Assembly: GCF_021869535.1 (NCBI RefSeq)
Contig: NW_026262745.1
Coordinates: 20,460,001 to 20,524,000, forward strand
DNA from: Mytilus californianus
Taxonomy: Eukaryota
DNA length: 64,000 nucleotides
Reading direction: 5' to 3'
Shown here one piece after another: positions 52,201 through 63,976 of this stretch. The notes beneath the pieces are model-generated. The model was not told where the DNA came from, ran no database searches, and was given only the letters and a program-made list of their open reading frames with translations. A program made the position numbers and the translations under genes. Every line of letters starts with the position of its first letter. Position 1 is the first letter of the stretch.

Positions 52201-53676
52201 AAGTTTCGTTTTCAATAGGCTGTTTTTAGTTTTATATTGGTCTATATGTGTATATATGGAACTGAGGTAATTTTCCTTTTATGAATACAATGATTTTATT
52301 TTTTATTTTAAATGCGTTTATCCTAATAAGAATCATTTTCTGTGTATTTGCAGAAGAAATAGAGCCTACACCACCAAACAAGAGAAACAATGATTACGAG
52401 GAAATAAAAAAACAATTAACAAAACCAGGTCGTAACATAAGGCCTCTGAATGAAAAATTTGGTAAATCTTTAAAGGTTTCAAAACAAAACGTTCCAGAAT
52501 CTGATAGCTCTTTTGAAGAACAAAAACCCGAGGTGTCTGTACCACCACCATTGTCATCCCAAGGAAGAGCAAAGCGAGAATCAGGTGAGTCAGGAAATTA
52601 CAAAGTATTGACTGTTAGACTGGGATTTAACAGTGGCATGCATACTGAAGTAAAAGCGAACAAAACAGGTTTCCATATCAACCAAATCAGTCCTGTATAA
52701 AATAGACCTTAAAGTAATAAGTTTTAAATGAATTTTAAAGGAACATTTTTATTGTTAACTTAATACAGACATCATATGTTGTACGTGTATATTATGAAAT
52801 TTAATGTATGATCATGTATGTATAGCTATACTGTCAAACTCAATAACTAGTTTCTTTGCAACAATTAATGCACCTTTTTATACAACATATGTAACCTAAT
52901 TTTTTCTGCCGATTGTTGACTTTGCACTGAAATTTGGAGTACATTAAATATCATATACTTTTATTAACTAAAAAGAGAAACTGATGATTTCAGATTCACA
53001 GAATATATAGACATACATTAGGTACTGTGTTACAATCCTAGATGATGCCGACTATAGGGAAGTCATCATTCGACTAACGAAAGCAATATTTAGTTAAAAC
53101 CTAGTTAGCCGAGGGGACCCTGGCGTTGAACACCGTGCGAGCAGACTTGCCACGCGGAACAGAAGCATGGGTTCAAATCCCGCCGAAGGAAGGACATCAT
53201 GGCAATACAATTTTTTAAATATGTTTTGTCGGCATTAAGTTATGTCAAATAACAAGTCAATATCATTGATTTTATATACAGTCTTCGGTTATGGTTGATC
53301 TCATAATAAACAATAATAATTTTATCTATTTCGTTCAACTTTATTTTTAGATGATCAAATTCTTGTCGAGTTCGAAGAAGAAAAAGAATATGAAGAAATG
53401 ATACAAAGAGGGGACGAAAACGATGAAAACAATTCTGAAATTGAAATGGTTGATGGAGTAAATGATAAACCTGAACCAAACTGTATTGAACCGAGAAACA
53501 CTGGACCGTGTCGTGCATCAATCCCTAGATACTTCTTCAACAAACAATCCAAAAACTGTGAAATGTTTACATATGGTGGTTGTCGTGGAAACGGAAACAA
53601 TTTTGAGACAAAAGAAAACTGTGAACATCTTTGCAAATCTAATGAAAATGACGACAGTATGTCGAATTCCACATAA
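37082..53676 (+). CDS. Putative secreted sushi (CCP) + Kunitz/BPTI domain protein; exons 37082-37214, 51393-51623, 52354-52584, 53351-53676 (about 306 aa)
   Basis: All four exons join in phase 1 with GT-AG sites and no stops. The last three exons are adjacent and well supported. Joining the signal-peptide exon across a 14.2-kb intron is inferred from phase compatibility and the absence of another signal exon. Confidence 0.65.
38165..38337 (+). mobile_element. Fragment of a Mytilus-type non-LTR retrozyme repeat with a type I hammerhead at 38274-38320
   Basis: uca-CUGAUGA-GCC(uuuuugua)GAC-GAAA-CGCGC-GUC-ugg, with palindromic ACGCGCGU stem III and one stem II mismatch. A second copy lies at about 46 kb. 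Confidence 0.7.
39879..39980. repeat. Two ~40-bp direct repeats flanked by ACATGATGAA
   Basis: gtaaacctaagcaaaacgggagta(ta)cacat occurs twice. Confidence 0.8.
41723..41760 (-). mobile_element. Helitron-type 3' terminus (hairpin + CTAG|T)
   Basis: Minus strand: ACCACGGTAT-T-ATACCGTGGT (10-bp perfect stem), 6 nt, then CTAG followed by T. The 5' end was not located. Confidence 0.5.
42211..42667 (+). pseudogene. Probable decayed immunoglobulin-domain exon split by a family H repeat
   Basis: C-x11-W (CTYNGHRVKLKDW, 42211-42249), then after the repeat IAFDNVKSA(+1 nt)DSGNYK*...TTIELYI. This matches the N-V-x3-D-x-G-x-Y-x-C pattern with the Cys codon changed to TGA. Confidence 0.45.
42322..42540. 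repeat. Interspersed repeat family H (related copies at about 33005-33170 and, inverted, 44640-44830)
   Basis: gaagataccatgggg...gtgctcc...acccgccgtgttact; 44640-44830 resembles its reverse complement. Confidence 0.5.
45960..46085 (+). mobile_element. Second, more decayed copy of the same hammerhead repeat (core mutated to CUGGUGA)
   Basis: cactggtgagccttttgtagacgaaacgcgcgtatgacg aligns with 38279-38318. Confidence 0.65.
47833..47980 (-). repeat. Family A fragment
   Basis: Near-identical to 1548-1692. Confidence 0.85.
49880..50222 (-). repeat. Decayed family A copy
   Basis: atctgacgagtcaagccctttt...caagtcaggaacctgtaa...attggcaatcataccatatct. Confidence 0.65.
51393..51623 (+). CDS. Sushi/CCP domain exon (phase 1-1)
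   Basis: ttttcag| and |gtaaat. The peptide CKWPTPPVHG...CNHSYHLIGGNTMQC...W...PKC has 4 Cys, the P..G and Y.L.G patterns and a Trp. Confidence 0.85.
52354..52584 (+). CDS. Pro/charged linker exon with NKR and RAKR basic processing sites (phase 1-1)
   Basis: tttgcag| and |gtgagt, 231 nt open. Confidence 0.85.
53099..53195 (+). mobile_element. tRNA-derived SINE head remnant (intron before the Kunitz exon)
   Basis: A-box-like TAGCCGAGGGG (53106-53116) and B-box GGTTCAAATCC (53170-53180). The acceptor stem does not pair, so this is not a functional tRNA. Confidence 0.6.
53351..53676 (+). CDS. Terminal exon: acidic stretch + Kunitz/BPTI protease-inhibitor domain, P1 = Arg
   Basis: tttttag| acceptor. 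CIEPRNTGPCRASIPRYFFNKQSKNCEMFTYGGCRGNGNNFETKENCEHLC has 6 Cys plus the YGGC.GN and NNF motifs. TAA at 53674. Confidence 0.95.
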
Positions 53677-54042
53677 TTATTTTAAATGTTTTATTGAATT
53701 TATTCGGTGAAATGGGTACATCATTCCACAGACAAAAGACAAAATTTGAGTGAATTTAGTTTAGTGACAACACTGAAAACCGCTAGTGCTATGATGATTA
53801 TCTGCATTTAATGTTAGCTGTATGAAAACAGAACTATGCAATGTATATATGAGACAAAAATGAAAAATAAGAGAGAGTATAGTCTGTTTATTTAGCTCAA
53901 TTTTAGTTCAGATAAGACAATTATTCAAACTAAACAATGTGGACAACAGTCCAATAATTTCCTTCTTGCCATTCATATTTAAATTAATGTCAAAATATCA
54001 AATCAATTAAATTTGATTTGATTTAGAAAATATGTATTAATA

Positions 54043-54046
54043 TGTA

Positions 54047-54078
<32 letters not shown>

Positions 54079-54080
54079 CA
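54043..54080. repeat. (TA)n microsatellite
   Basis: Direct reading. Confidence 0.9.
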
Positions 54081-56599
54081 ATCAAATTTTCACAAAGCAT
54101 TTGTATAGTGAAACACACATATTTGCTATAAAATATATTTTTTGTAGAAATGCTATGCATGGTGCTCAATTGATGACGTCAAACTTGGTTATAAACACAT
54201 TTAATTGTTTTTTTTTATTATCAGGCCAGTTTTCAATTGATATAGACCGTTATACCCTTTATACCCAGGACCAGCTTCTGCATTTGAAGGATGATATCAA
54301 ATGTAGTTATTATTCTAATGAACGTATGACTTAAATACTGCTTGTTTAAACAGTATTTACATCTTATTTTCATACTTTAATGAACTACAGTTCTGTTGAT
54401 ATAATACATTTGGTTTTTTCCATGAACGACACATTAAATGTCACATGAATGTACAACTATGGTCATATAATAATTCATTTAACTCTGACAATTTGTTTAT
54501 TCTTAATCAAGAAATCATTATCTGCAAGACACACATACAGACACAAATAAAACACACTTAAAAGTTGGTCAGAAAAGGACAAAGATTTTATTTAAAATTA
54601 GGAACGTGCATGTTCAAGTGTAATGTTATTTTACCAGAAATATTTATGTTAAAAAAAATGTGATTATTCTGTTGTCTGTTAATGATTTTATGAAAATTAA
54701 TTGTTGTTATTGTTATTACTTGTGTCGTTGAAATGAAATTTTCTAAATAAAAAATTGTTGTTTATTATTTTCGCCGACAGCCTGAAACTCGAATACTGCA
54801 TTCACTATAACTTGATATAAAATCAATATACAGTGACATCGAAGATACGTGAACATTATTGACTCAGTGGGATCTTAATAGTACTGTTATTATTTGAATA
54901 AATGATTTGCAATTTTCCTATATTCCAAATATTAGATTTTTAATAATTTTTAAGATTTCTGTAATAAAACTTAATTTATTTGCAAAGCGCCAAGACCGTG
55001 TTACTTCATTCGTTATTTTATTTTTTTAGAGTAAACAACTGGTCCGTTGAACTATATTTCTTTTACTCATCAACCAGAACTACAATTGTTATTTTGCATA
55101 AACTGTATATATTTCTTGTTATCGTAGGAAACTGACAAAATGGATATCAAATGCTTTATGAAATATGATCTTTCCTATTTCTTATATTGTTAAATGTGTA
55201 TAAATGAAGTATGTATATATGTATGAGTTATATTAATTTAATCGATAAAGATAGCTTTATTCTGGCAAAAGGAAACATCTAATTTAAAATATGTCTTGAT
55301 TCATAATAGTGACCTCAATACAAATTGTATCTAACTTGTTTGGCGATGCAAGTGTGTTTGGTGTACGTTTTGAGAGATTTGTTTCTATACTGCTCACAAA
55401 AAGAGCATCCTTCGGGATAAATAGTGTATTATGTACTTACAGTTTTATTTTAATTTTGTAGAGATGATGTTGGGGCGGCTTGAGGCGACGAACACTAAAA
55501 AGTTGTGTGATTATTATACATGTTTCATCAGTTTGAGTTGTTTAACGTGATATATGCCGTACAAAGCGGCATAACTCAGATCTATTCAAAACTACATAGA
55601 TGAGTTGATCTCTTTGATACAGGTATTCAATCAAAAAGAAATATAAAAAAAAAATGAAAAATTTGATACTATTATCAATTATGGCATTCATAATTTGGGT
55701 AAATGGGCATCATGTAAATTTGTAAGAGTCATGTGTTTTTGATGCAGAATTCTATTTATTAACACCATTTTGTTATTCCTTTTGCAACCTTTGAAAATTT
55801 AGTTGAAATGTCAAAGCTATTCAAAAGTCAATAATTCGAAAAGTTCAACCAAGAAAACATTTGTTTTAAATGTGTACATTTAAAACAAATGCATGCAGGA
55901 AGACCTGCATATTCGCCATTTAGCACATGTTTGAGGGGGTCTGTTCGTGGCTTGTTGCCACGTAAATTAGTTTCGCCTATCTATTGAAAGTAATAATTGA
56001 ACTGTTTATATTATCGACCTTCTTTATGGTCAACCTACTTTACACAAACTTTCTATTTGATTTTGTTATTATTTTTAATCTTTTCCATGGCAAATATATG
56101 CCACTACATGCTACGCAAACAACAATCATTTTCATGTTTTAACGAATAACTTTTGTCTGCAACGCTTTCCGATTTCGGCTGCATTTTTTTCGCATAGGCA
56201 TATAGGTTCTTGGGTTTGATTAGTTGGGCAAAATGTACAGAATATCTCATCAATAAATAAATTATAGCTTCCGTACTGAATTCTTTATTGGGTATGGAGT
56301 TTGATAAATGTAACAGTTCTAAATATTTGATTGGAAGTTCAAACAAAACAGGAACTTAAAAACAAACTGCTAGAATCATGCCTCATGTGCATATAAATTA
56401 GAAAATCAGAAAAAAGTACAGTGCGAATTAGAAAAAAAATATATCTTAAGGAATATTCTTCAATCAGACAGCACAATTCAAAAACACAGCAGGATCGAAC
56501 CCCATGAAAGGTCTCACCTCTTTAACCTATTATGACTGAAATTTATTTTGTAATAAATCTTATTAAAATCAGATCGTGTTGAAATTAAGGTCTTACAAT

Positions 56600-56860
56600 A
56601 GGTATCACAAATGAATGACACCTGACTGATATATGAAAATGGGCTCAAGATCAGACGAACCTCGTCAAATGAGCATGTACACAAGTCACAATCAATCTAT
56701 TCAAGAAATGTAGTTGACCTATAACTTTTTAGCGACTAAGAATCTGATATAACAACGAAAACATGACGGTGATCAATGAATCATCATAAGAATGGGGTCA
56801 AGGTCATATCAACCCTGTCAGGCAGAAATGTACTCCTGACAATAATTTTTAGACCATACA
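56600..56860. repeat. Decayed ~155-bp tandem units of a HINE-type family
   Basis: aatggg(g/c)tcaag(g/a)tca recurs at about 56638 and 56791. Confidence 0.45.
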
Positions 56861-57450
56861 CAATCAACCAACACAGTAAATGCGAAACTGATATATTCCC
56901 AACAATTAATCTATCATTGATAATTGATGAAGTATAAAATTAAAGTAAAGTTGATATGAACCTTATTAAGTCCTGACATCTTGGAATCGTTCTACCGGTA
57001 TGCAAATAATGTAAAATTCCTAAAATACTCTCTTTTAAATTATTCAAAGCTATTATTTTGTATGTACCTTAATATCATATCATGGCTTAAAAAAGATATA
57101 CCCAAACGTCCTAACGCCTTCAGAGGTATTTCTTATATATACAGTCTGGTTATTTCGTTCGTTCGAAAAGTCCGAGCATCCCGTTTACATAACATAAAAC
57201 GAAGAGACTTATAGGACGAACTAACGTAACGCCCAATGTCATATAGATGAATGTATATAATAACTGATATATCACCAAAGAACATACTACTGAACTTATC
57301 AAAAATACATTTGACAATAAAAACGTTATGTAAGGTAATTACTATGAAAAATTACCAGTTAATGCCTGTGCTTTTAACACGGTCTTTGTTTATGTTTGTT
57401 CTCGTTAAAAAATAATACTTTTATCTATTTCTTTCAACTTTATTTGTTAG

Positions 57451-57691
57451 ATGATCAAATTCTTGTTCATTATGAGATTGAAGAAAGAATGCTAATTGAG
57501 GATAAAAATGATGGGAGTTTTTCTGAATAGGAATGGGACATGAATAATAAGCCACATAAATTTTTTACTGAGTCGAAAACAACTGGATCGTGTAGTGTAG
57601 AGATTTCTTCAACAAGAAATCCAGAAAATTTGAATGCAAATATAATTTCAAATCTTATTAAAAAAACGACATTACGTCGAAATCCACATAA
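57451..57691 (+). pseudogene. Decayed duplicate of the Kunitz terminal exon
   Basis: The acceptor region and exon start (ttag|atgatcaaattcttg) match 53320-53367, and the end (gtcgaaatccacataa) matches 53660-53676. There is an in-frame TAG at about 57528 and deletions remove the YGGCRGN core. Confidence 0.85.
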
Positions 57692-58254
57692 CTATTTTAT
57701 GGTCAAGGTACAGTAAATGGGATATGTGTCACAGATTTTGGTAAAATTTTGCAGACAACTTTGACTTATTGAACCATTACTGAAAGTATAAAAAAATAAG
57801 GCATTCATCTCTTTTATTTTCTGAATAATTTCTTAGTGGATTCTTTCAAGCTAGTTGAACACTTATTCAAAAGGCACATACAATCAGCGAAAAAATATAG
57901 TCCTAAAATCATCAACTCTCCAATTTCAAGTCCATAGATTTTTCTTAAAAAGTATAAGTTGTTAATACATCAATTTCCTTTTATAAGGAATTATAAAAAA
58001 ATATCTATAATCAAAGTATGTTTAGAGTCAAACAATTATATTTTGTATTACTTCCAATTTTTGTAGGAATACTATGGTGCAAATAATTGGATATTAACAC
58101 TTTTATTTTTTTTTTCATTATTATGTCAATGTTCAATTGCATGTTGTGTCGACTATTATATTTTTAGTTTGTGCGTTTCTCTGTGATGAATGTTCTAACG
58201 TGTGCTGTATTTCTGTAACGTAGTATTGTAATTTTAGCGATATTTTTTAACATT

Positions 58255-58532
58255 GTCATAAAGCGGGAGGTTTGGCTAGCCATTAAACCAGGTTAAACCC
58301 ACCATTTTTTTCTTAAAATGTCCTGTACCAAGTCAGGGATATGGCAGTTATCAAATAGTTCGTTTCTATGTATTTTGGCGTTTGTTTTTGTTGCACCTCA
58401 GTGTTCCTGTTGTTCTTTAGTTTTCATCTTATAGTGATGTGTTTCCCTCGGTTTTAGTTTGTAACCCGGATTTGTTTTCTCTTAATCGATTTATGACTTT
58501 TGAACACTGGTATACTACTGTTGCCTTTATTT
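58255..58532. repeat. Interspersed repeat (family G) sharing the CCTGT(A/C)CCAAGTCAGG core with families A and B
   Basis: aaacccaccatttttt...gtcctgtaccaagtcaggga at about 58305-58340; only one copy in the window. Confidence 0.55.
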
Positions 58533-59814
58533 ATTCAGTTGAAAAACACCGTGGAACTTTTTATGCCTGAACCAGGTTCTGCATTTACGGTATATGTTTA
58601 CCCACTGAAAATAAATTGACAAATTATTGTTTATTCCACAGTATTTTTTTCTCGATTGGCGTTTTAGTTATAAACTTGCATTAAGATAGCAAAATAGAAA
58701 AGTAGTATGTTGTTCTTTTCTTTAGTTTTACTTGAAACCTAGTCATACATTTGTATATCCTGTTTTTGTGTCTACTCTATATTCAAATTCTCACACTATC
58801 TTTTTAACCATTTCGTATTATTCAGTCACATTTTTTAAAATGAAGCAAACCAACAGTATCTTAGTCACAATGCTTTCTTGAAATATTATCTTTTCTGCTT
58901 TTTTTTTTGTCCGTAATGTGCAGAAATAAAGAAAAAAAAGTAGAACAGATAATATTTCATGAAAGCATTTTGTCGGTTTCCCACGAAAACCAAAACTGCC
59001 TATATTGCTTGTCATCGTAGGAAACTGACAAAATGCATTGAAAAATTTAATGAAATGTAATATTTCCTATTTGTATGTTGTTAAAATGAGTATAAAATGC
59101 GATTGTATTTATGTCAAAGAAACAGATCACTCGTCATGATGCCCATCACGGCCCCTTAATTGGAACAATAAATATTCTATTCGGATTCTGTTAAAAGGAA
59201 GACAACTCCAATTTAAAAGATGTCCTGTCCCCCATCTCAAAAGTATTTTTCACATGTTTCAATAACCACATAACAAAATTATTTATAAGTTCATACTGCA
59301 AAAAGTTGAAAAAAGAAAACAGGATAAATATTCAACACATGAGCATCAAGGAGAATATAAACATATTAAGGAGATGTGGTATGATTGCAAATGAGTCGAC
59401 TATCAACCATAGTCCTACGGTCCGTGTAACACTTAACAATTCAAAATTTTAAAAAGTATTCAAATTTTAGTTTTTTTAATTGTTGATCAAAGTTTTAATA
59501 TATCAACATTCCAAAGTTTTGAATAATTTTAAAATTTTTAAAATTTCACCAAATAATTATAAAAATTTTTAAATTCTAAAATTCGTTTCAAATTTGATAG
59601 TTTATATGTTTAATCAAACTTTTAAAATACTACACTTAACGTGCAGTTTTGATTATTTCGCTATTTGAAATTAAAAATAGAAAATGGGCGAAAAGAGAAC
59701 ATTTGTATCCGAAAAGTCACTTGCTTGATAAAGCGTCCATCATTTAGGAGTACTGACATGATTTATAACAAACCTTTCTAAAATTGTTTATCTCTAAAGG
59801 GGAATCGGGAATGA

Positions 59815-60198
59815 ATAGAAATATGGTCACTTAGGTCCTGTTCCGACCGGCAGTAAATCCGTTGACAAAGTGGGGCTTCCGTTGGCTGTTCGAGATGAAC
59901 AAGTATGCAGTCATGTCCGGACAGAATGAGACGTGCAGAAAGAGTGCCACGCACTTTGTACGTTAAGAACCCTTGCAACAACTCTTTGAGGGGTCCGTTG
60001 GTTGCCTGTTGCAAGGCAAAATTTCTGTCCCTATCCAATATACCCTAATTTTCCAGTGGCAGTCTATTTTTTTTCGACCTTCATCCCGAATGGCCTCTTT
60101 TACACGACCTACCTATTGTATTTATTGTTAATTTGTTCTCGTACTGAACATGCATCGAATATTTGCCACTGGACGTATAACAACCAATAATCAATCAT
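59815..60198 (+). mobile_element. SINE-like GC-rich element with a (CAAT)n tail
   Basis: Ends with gccactggacgtataacaaccaataatcaatca; a similar tail lies at about 37725-37757; 5' boundary approximate. Confidence 0.5.
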
Positions 60199-62854
60199 GT
60201 AAAATTGTCCGTTTACATTTTTTTTTAAGTTGATCTCAGATGGATTTTACTATTTTTAGGTCCCTTTTGCTATTTTAGCTCTTCAACTGCTTCGGTTCTT
60301 ATACATCATTGGCTTTCAAATATTCAGCTTTGAAAGTTCCGGGTGTGCTAGTAAAATCCAGAAAAGTGCTTCGGACGCATGAAATTTATAAAGCGTGTTT
60401 TCATTTTCTATTGGATATCCATTCAATTCAAGCGTCACGTATTGTCAATGGGAAATAGTACATGCGGTTGGATTAAGTGTGTTGTATTTGCTTTTTTGTT
60501 ATTGTATTTTTTTTGGGGGGAGGGGATCTTTTAGTAGAATATTTGTGTTCATATTGAATATCGGATTTTTCACTGCTTATCCTTAGTTTTCTTATCCCTA
60601 ATTTTAAAACTCAGGGGTTCTCCACTGTAATATATATCAATCATAAAATATTATTGACTGCAAAAACAAAGGTAGCATGAAATGAAATTGAAAAGATTGC
60701 GAGTCCCTGTACTCGGTTCTAAAGACCGTTTTGAAAGGGACCCAGTGAATTCTTATACAGTATATCGTAATACTGCAAGGTTATTGTAAAATGATTGCAG
60801 TACAAAAAAATAGCATTTAGTCGAAAATGGTTAAATTTGATCAATATTGTAATATGTTTTGTGACTTATTGGGAATAACTAATTAATATAATAGTTCTTC
60901 ACTAACTTACAGTTATGAACTAGAAAAAAAATCAGTTTTGAATATCAATAATGTCTTCTTTCTATTTCACATTTTCTTCAAAAAATCCTGGACCGTTTGT
61001 TTAAAAAAACTGGACGTTTTAAATGTTGAAATTCAAGGAAATTGTGCGTAGTTTGTGCTTAAAATAGTATTCATAATAAGATGAACAGTCATGAATAATT
61101 AACTAGAATACTTGGCTGCGAAATAGCAGTAAATCGATCTTATCGCATTTAATATAAGTCGAAAAAACCTGATCCACCCGAAAAAAACGATCTCAGTCGG
61201 ACACTATACCTATACCGTGTTACACGACATGATAAAATGAGACACCCAACGACCTGAATTATGCTAATACAACAAACGAATAGTAAATATGACAAAAAGA
61301 AACCAAAATATAGTTTACTTTTAAGATTGGTCACTTCAACTTACTACAAATATGTTTATCGGTGACGTGAACTTTTTAAAAAATTATTTCAAATTACGGT
61401 GTTGTTTAAACAATGTGTTTTTCTACTTCGAAATATAATAAATTGGACAGTGCAACAGGCTAAACATCTTCAAGCCCCTCCAAGAGAGAGAAAATAACGC
61501 ATACACAAACATGACAACACAAAAATTATTTCACTATTAAAACTACCTCACAACTGAATTGTTGAAATAATTAACATGGTGTTGCTCATATAATTAAAAC
61601 TGATACCACACATTAATCAAAATGCCGATAGCTACACATGGGTAGATGGGCGTTTATCATTCAGTGACAACTATTACACAAATATGCAGGCTGAAAATAA
61701 TGTTTATGTTATATGTTTTATATGTTGTATGAACGTATTCAGCTTTTACAAGACCAACACGCTGAGTTGGATGTTAAAGTTCTATCTTTTAACATTAATT
61801 TACCCACTAATATTTAATCTTACTAAATGCAGCGTGTATAGCAAGTAAGCAGTGTAAAGCAGATGTCAATATAAAAAAATCAAACTGGAATCCAATCAAC
61901 AAACTCCCACTTTCGAGGCTAGCACAACGTACATTGCGACACCATTGATTCAGTGTTTGAAGTATCAATACTTAAAAATTGAAATCGATGGTAAAAGGCA
62001 ATATATGATCGTCATGAAATCGATAAAAAGGAAAACAACGTTAAAAATTGCATGCGTCTGAAATACTTTTTTGGATTTACCTTCATCCACTGTGTCTAAA
62101 CTACCCCGGCAAAAAATGTTTGGACTCGATAGTATCTAATGTCCGGTACGGTGACGGACAATCAACAGACAGAGAAAAGGTAGAATTTGTGTTTATTAAT
62201 TTGTTTTTTTAATGACATTTAAGAATAAACATACACATATAACTATTTTCGATTGTGTGATGTTATATTTTCTACAACCGTTCTAGATTAATGGAGAAAT
62301 AAGTAAAAAGGCACATGAAAATGGTGAATTGAGTGAACCTTGCTACGAATTTGTTTAATTTCTTTTAAATTGTGCACATTGTACGGAAAGAAAAGTACTG
62401 AAAGAAAGATATTAACACAAATATTGCATGGCTAGTCACTACGAGCTCCTCAATATTTGCATTTCTGTGCATGGAACGAAAGAAATGGGTCATGTCAAAA
62501 TGGAAGGACCCTGTTTCGTCAATGTTGTTTATTACATAAGGACCCGGTTTTGCCTCAGTATAGGACCCAGTTTTGTTTTGTTTTGAAACCACATATTTAT
62601 GAAAAGCTACGTTAACACGGATCTGAACATTGCCCATCGGAAGAAATTAAATATGTGAGTCAAAAAGATGTTATAAAGATGTTATTGCAATACAAACATG
62701 TCGTGTTAAAATATATTCCAAACGGGAACTTTTCGAAATAGGGAGTAGACATTTTTGAATGCTATACGTATACCTTATTGAACTTATCTTCGAACTAAGT
62801 TTAAATGAAAATAAATACTTTATAGCATGTACTTACATTAATTCCTTATGATAT

Positions 62855-63276
62855 AAAAAAGAAGATGTGGTGTGATTGCCAATGAGACAACTCTTCACAA
62901 GAGACCAAATAACACAGAAATTAACAACTATAGGTCACCGTAAGGCCTTCAACAATGAGCAAAGCCCATACCGCATAAGTCAGCTATAAAAGGCCCCGAA
63001 ATGACAAATGTAAAACAATTCAAATGAGGAAACTAACGGCCTAATTTATGTTGAAAAAAATGAACGAAAAACAAATATGTAACACAGCAACAAACGACAA
63101 CCACTGAATTACAGGCTCCTGACTTGGGACAGGTAGATATATACGGAATGTGGCGGGGTTAAACATGTTAGCGGGATCCCAACCCTCCCCCTACCCCGGG
63201 AAATTGGTGTAACAGTACAGTATAAGAACGAACTATAAAAATCAGTTGAAAAAGGCTTAACTCATCAGATGGATAC
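62855..63276 (+). repeat. High-copy interspersed repeat family A, near full-length copy
   Basis: aagaagatgtggtgtgattgccaatgagacaactc...ggctcctgacttgggacagg...aaaaggcttaactcatcagat. At least 10 copies occur in the window; strand is defined relative to this copy. Confidence 0.9.
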
Positions 63277-63469
63277 ATTAATTCTAACGCTTGGTTTAAA
63301 AATTTTAACAAATATAATGCCTACCTATGTTAAAATGAGCGTTGAGCATGGCATGAAAGAATTATTTCTTTTTATAAATAAAATTTGGTTTGCAACATTA
63401 TAACGTCCAATATCTTCGTCTTCGTCTTCGTAGAACAACCTAAGTGGCAGTTTAGACCGTGAAAATGAC

Positions 63470-63875
63470 AATGTGACAGCTTTCCATCAAAGACCAAATG
63501 ACGTAAAAGTTAACAAATATAGAACACCGTAGGGCATCCAACAATGAGAAACGCCCATACGGCATAGCAAGCTAAAAAAAAGGCCCCGAAATGAAAACTG
63601 TAAATAAAACTAATGTTAAAACTAACGACCTGATTTATGTACAAAATAAAAAACGAAAAACAAATACATGTATAATATACAGCAACAAAAGACAACCACC
63701 GTTTTACAGGCTCCTGGATTCGGTACTGGCACATACAGAATGGCGGGGTTGAACGTGTAAGCGCTCACTCCCAATCCCCCCCCCCCCCCAAAAAAATAAA
63801 AAAACAAACTGGGATAACAGCACAACATATGAACAAACTATAAAATTCAGTGAGTTGAAAAAGGCTTAACTCATT
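63470..63875 (+). repeat. Family A copy
   Basis: Colinear with 62880-63270. Confidence 0.85.
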
Positions 63876-63976
63876 TGATTACAGAGCCCCTATAGTAAAT
63901 ATGCGATTGGCGGCTGTCTCTGTTTTTTCGTCTTTTATTAAATTTTATGATGGTATACGATATAGTTACATTATAT

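Noticed and set aside
51393-52584. Sushi and linker exons are both exactly 231 nt
   Set aside because: No sequence similarity between them; coincidence among symmetric phase-1 exons.
53099-53195. tRNA gene
   Set aside because: A and B boxes are present, but the acceptor and anticodon stems do not pair; treated as a SINE head.
59778-60038. 86-aa minus-strand ORF in a GC-rich island
   Set aside because: It overlaps a SINE-like element with a (CAAT)n tail on the + strand. There is no recognisable domain or convincing exon chain, and the GC content explains the open frame.
62365-62637. 90-aa minus-strand ORF
   Set aside because: No domain, no splice partners, and its apparent periodicity comes from a DNA motif repeated three times.
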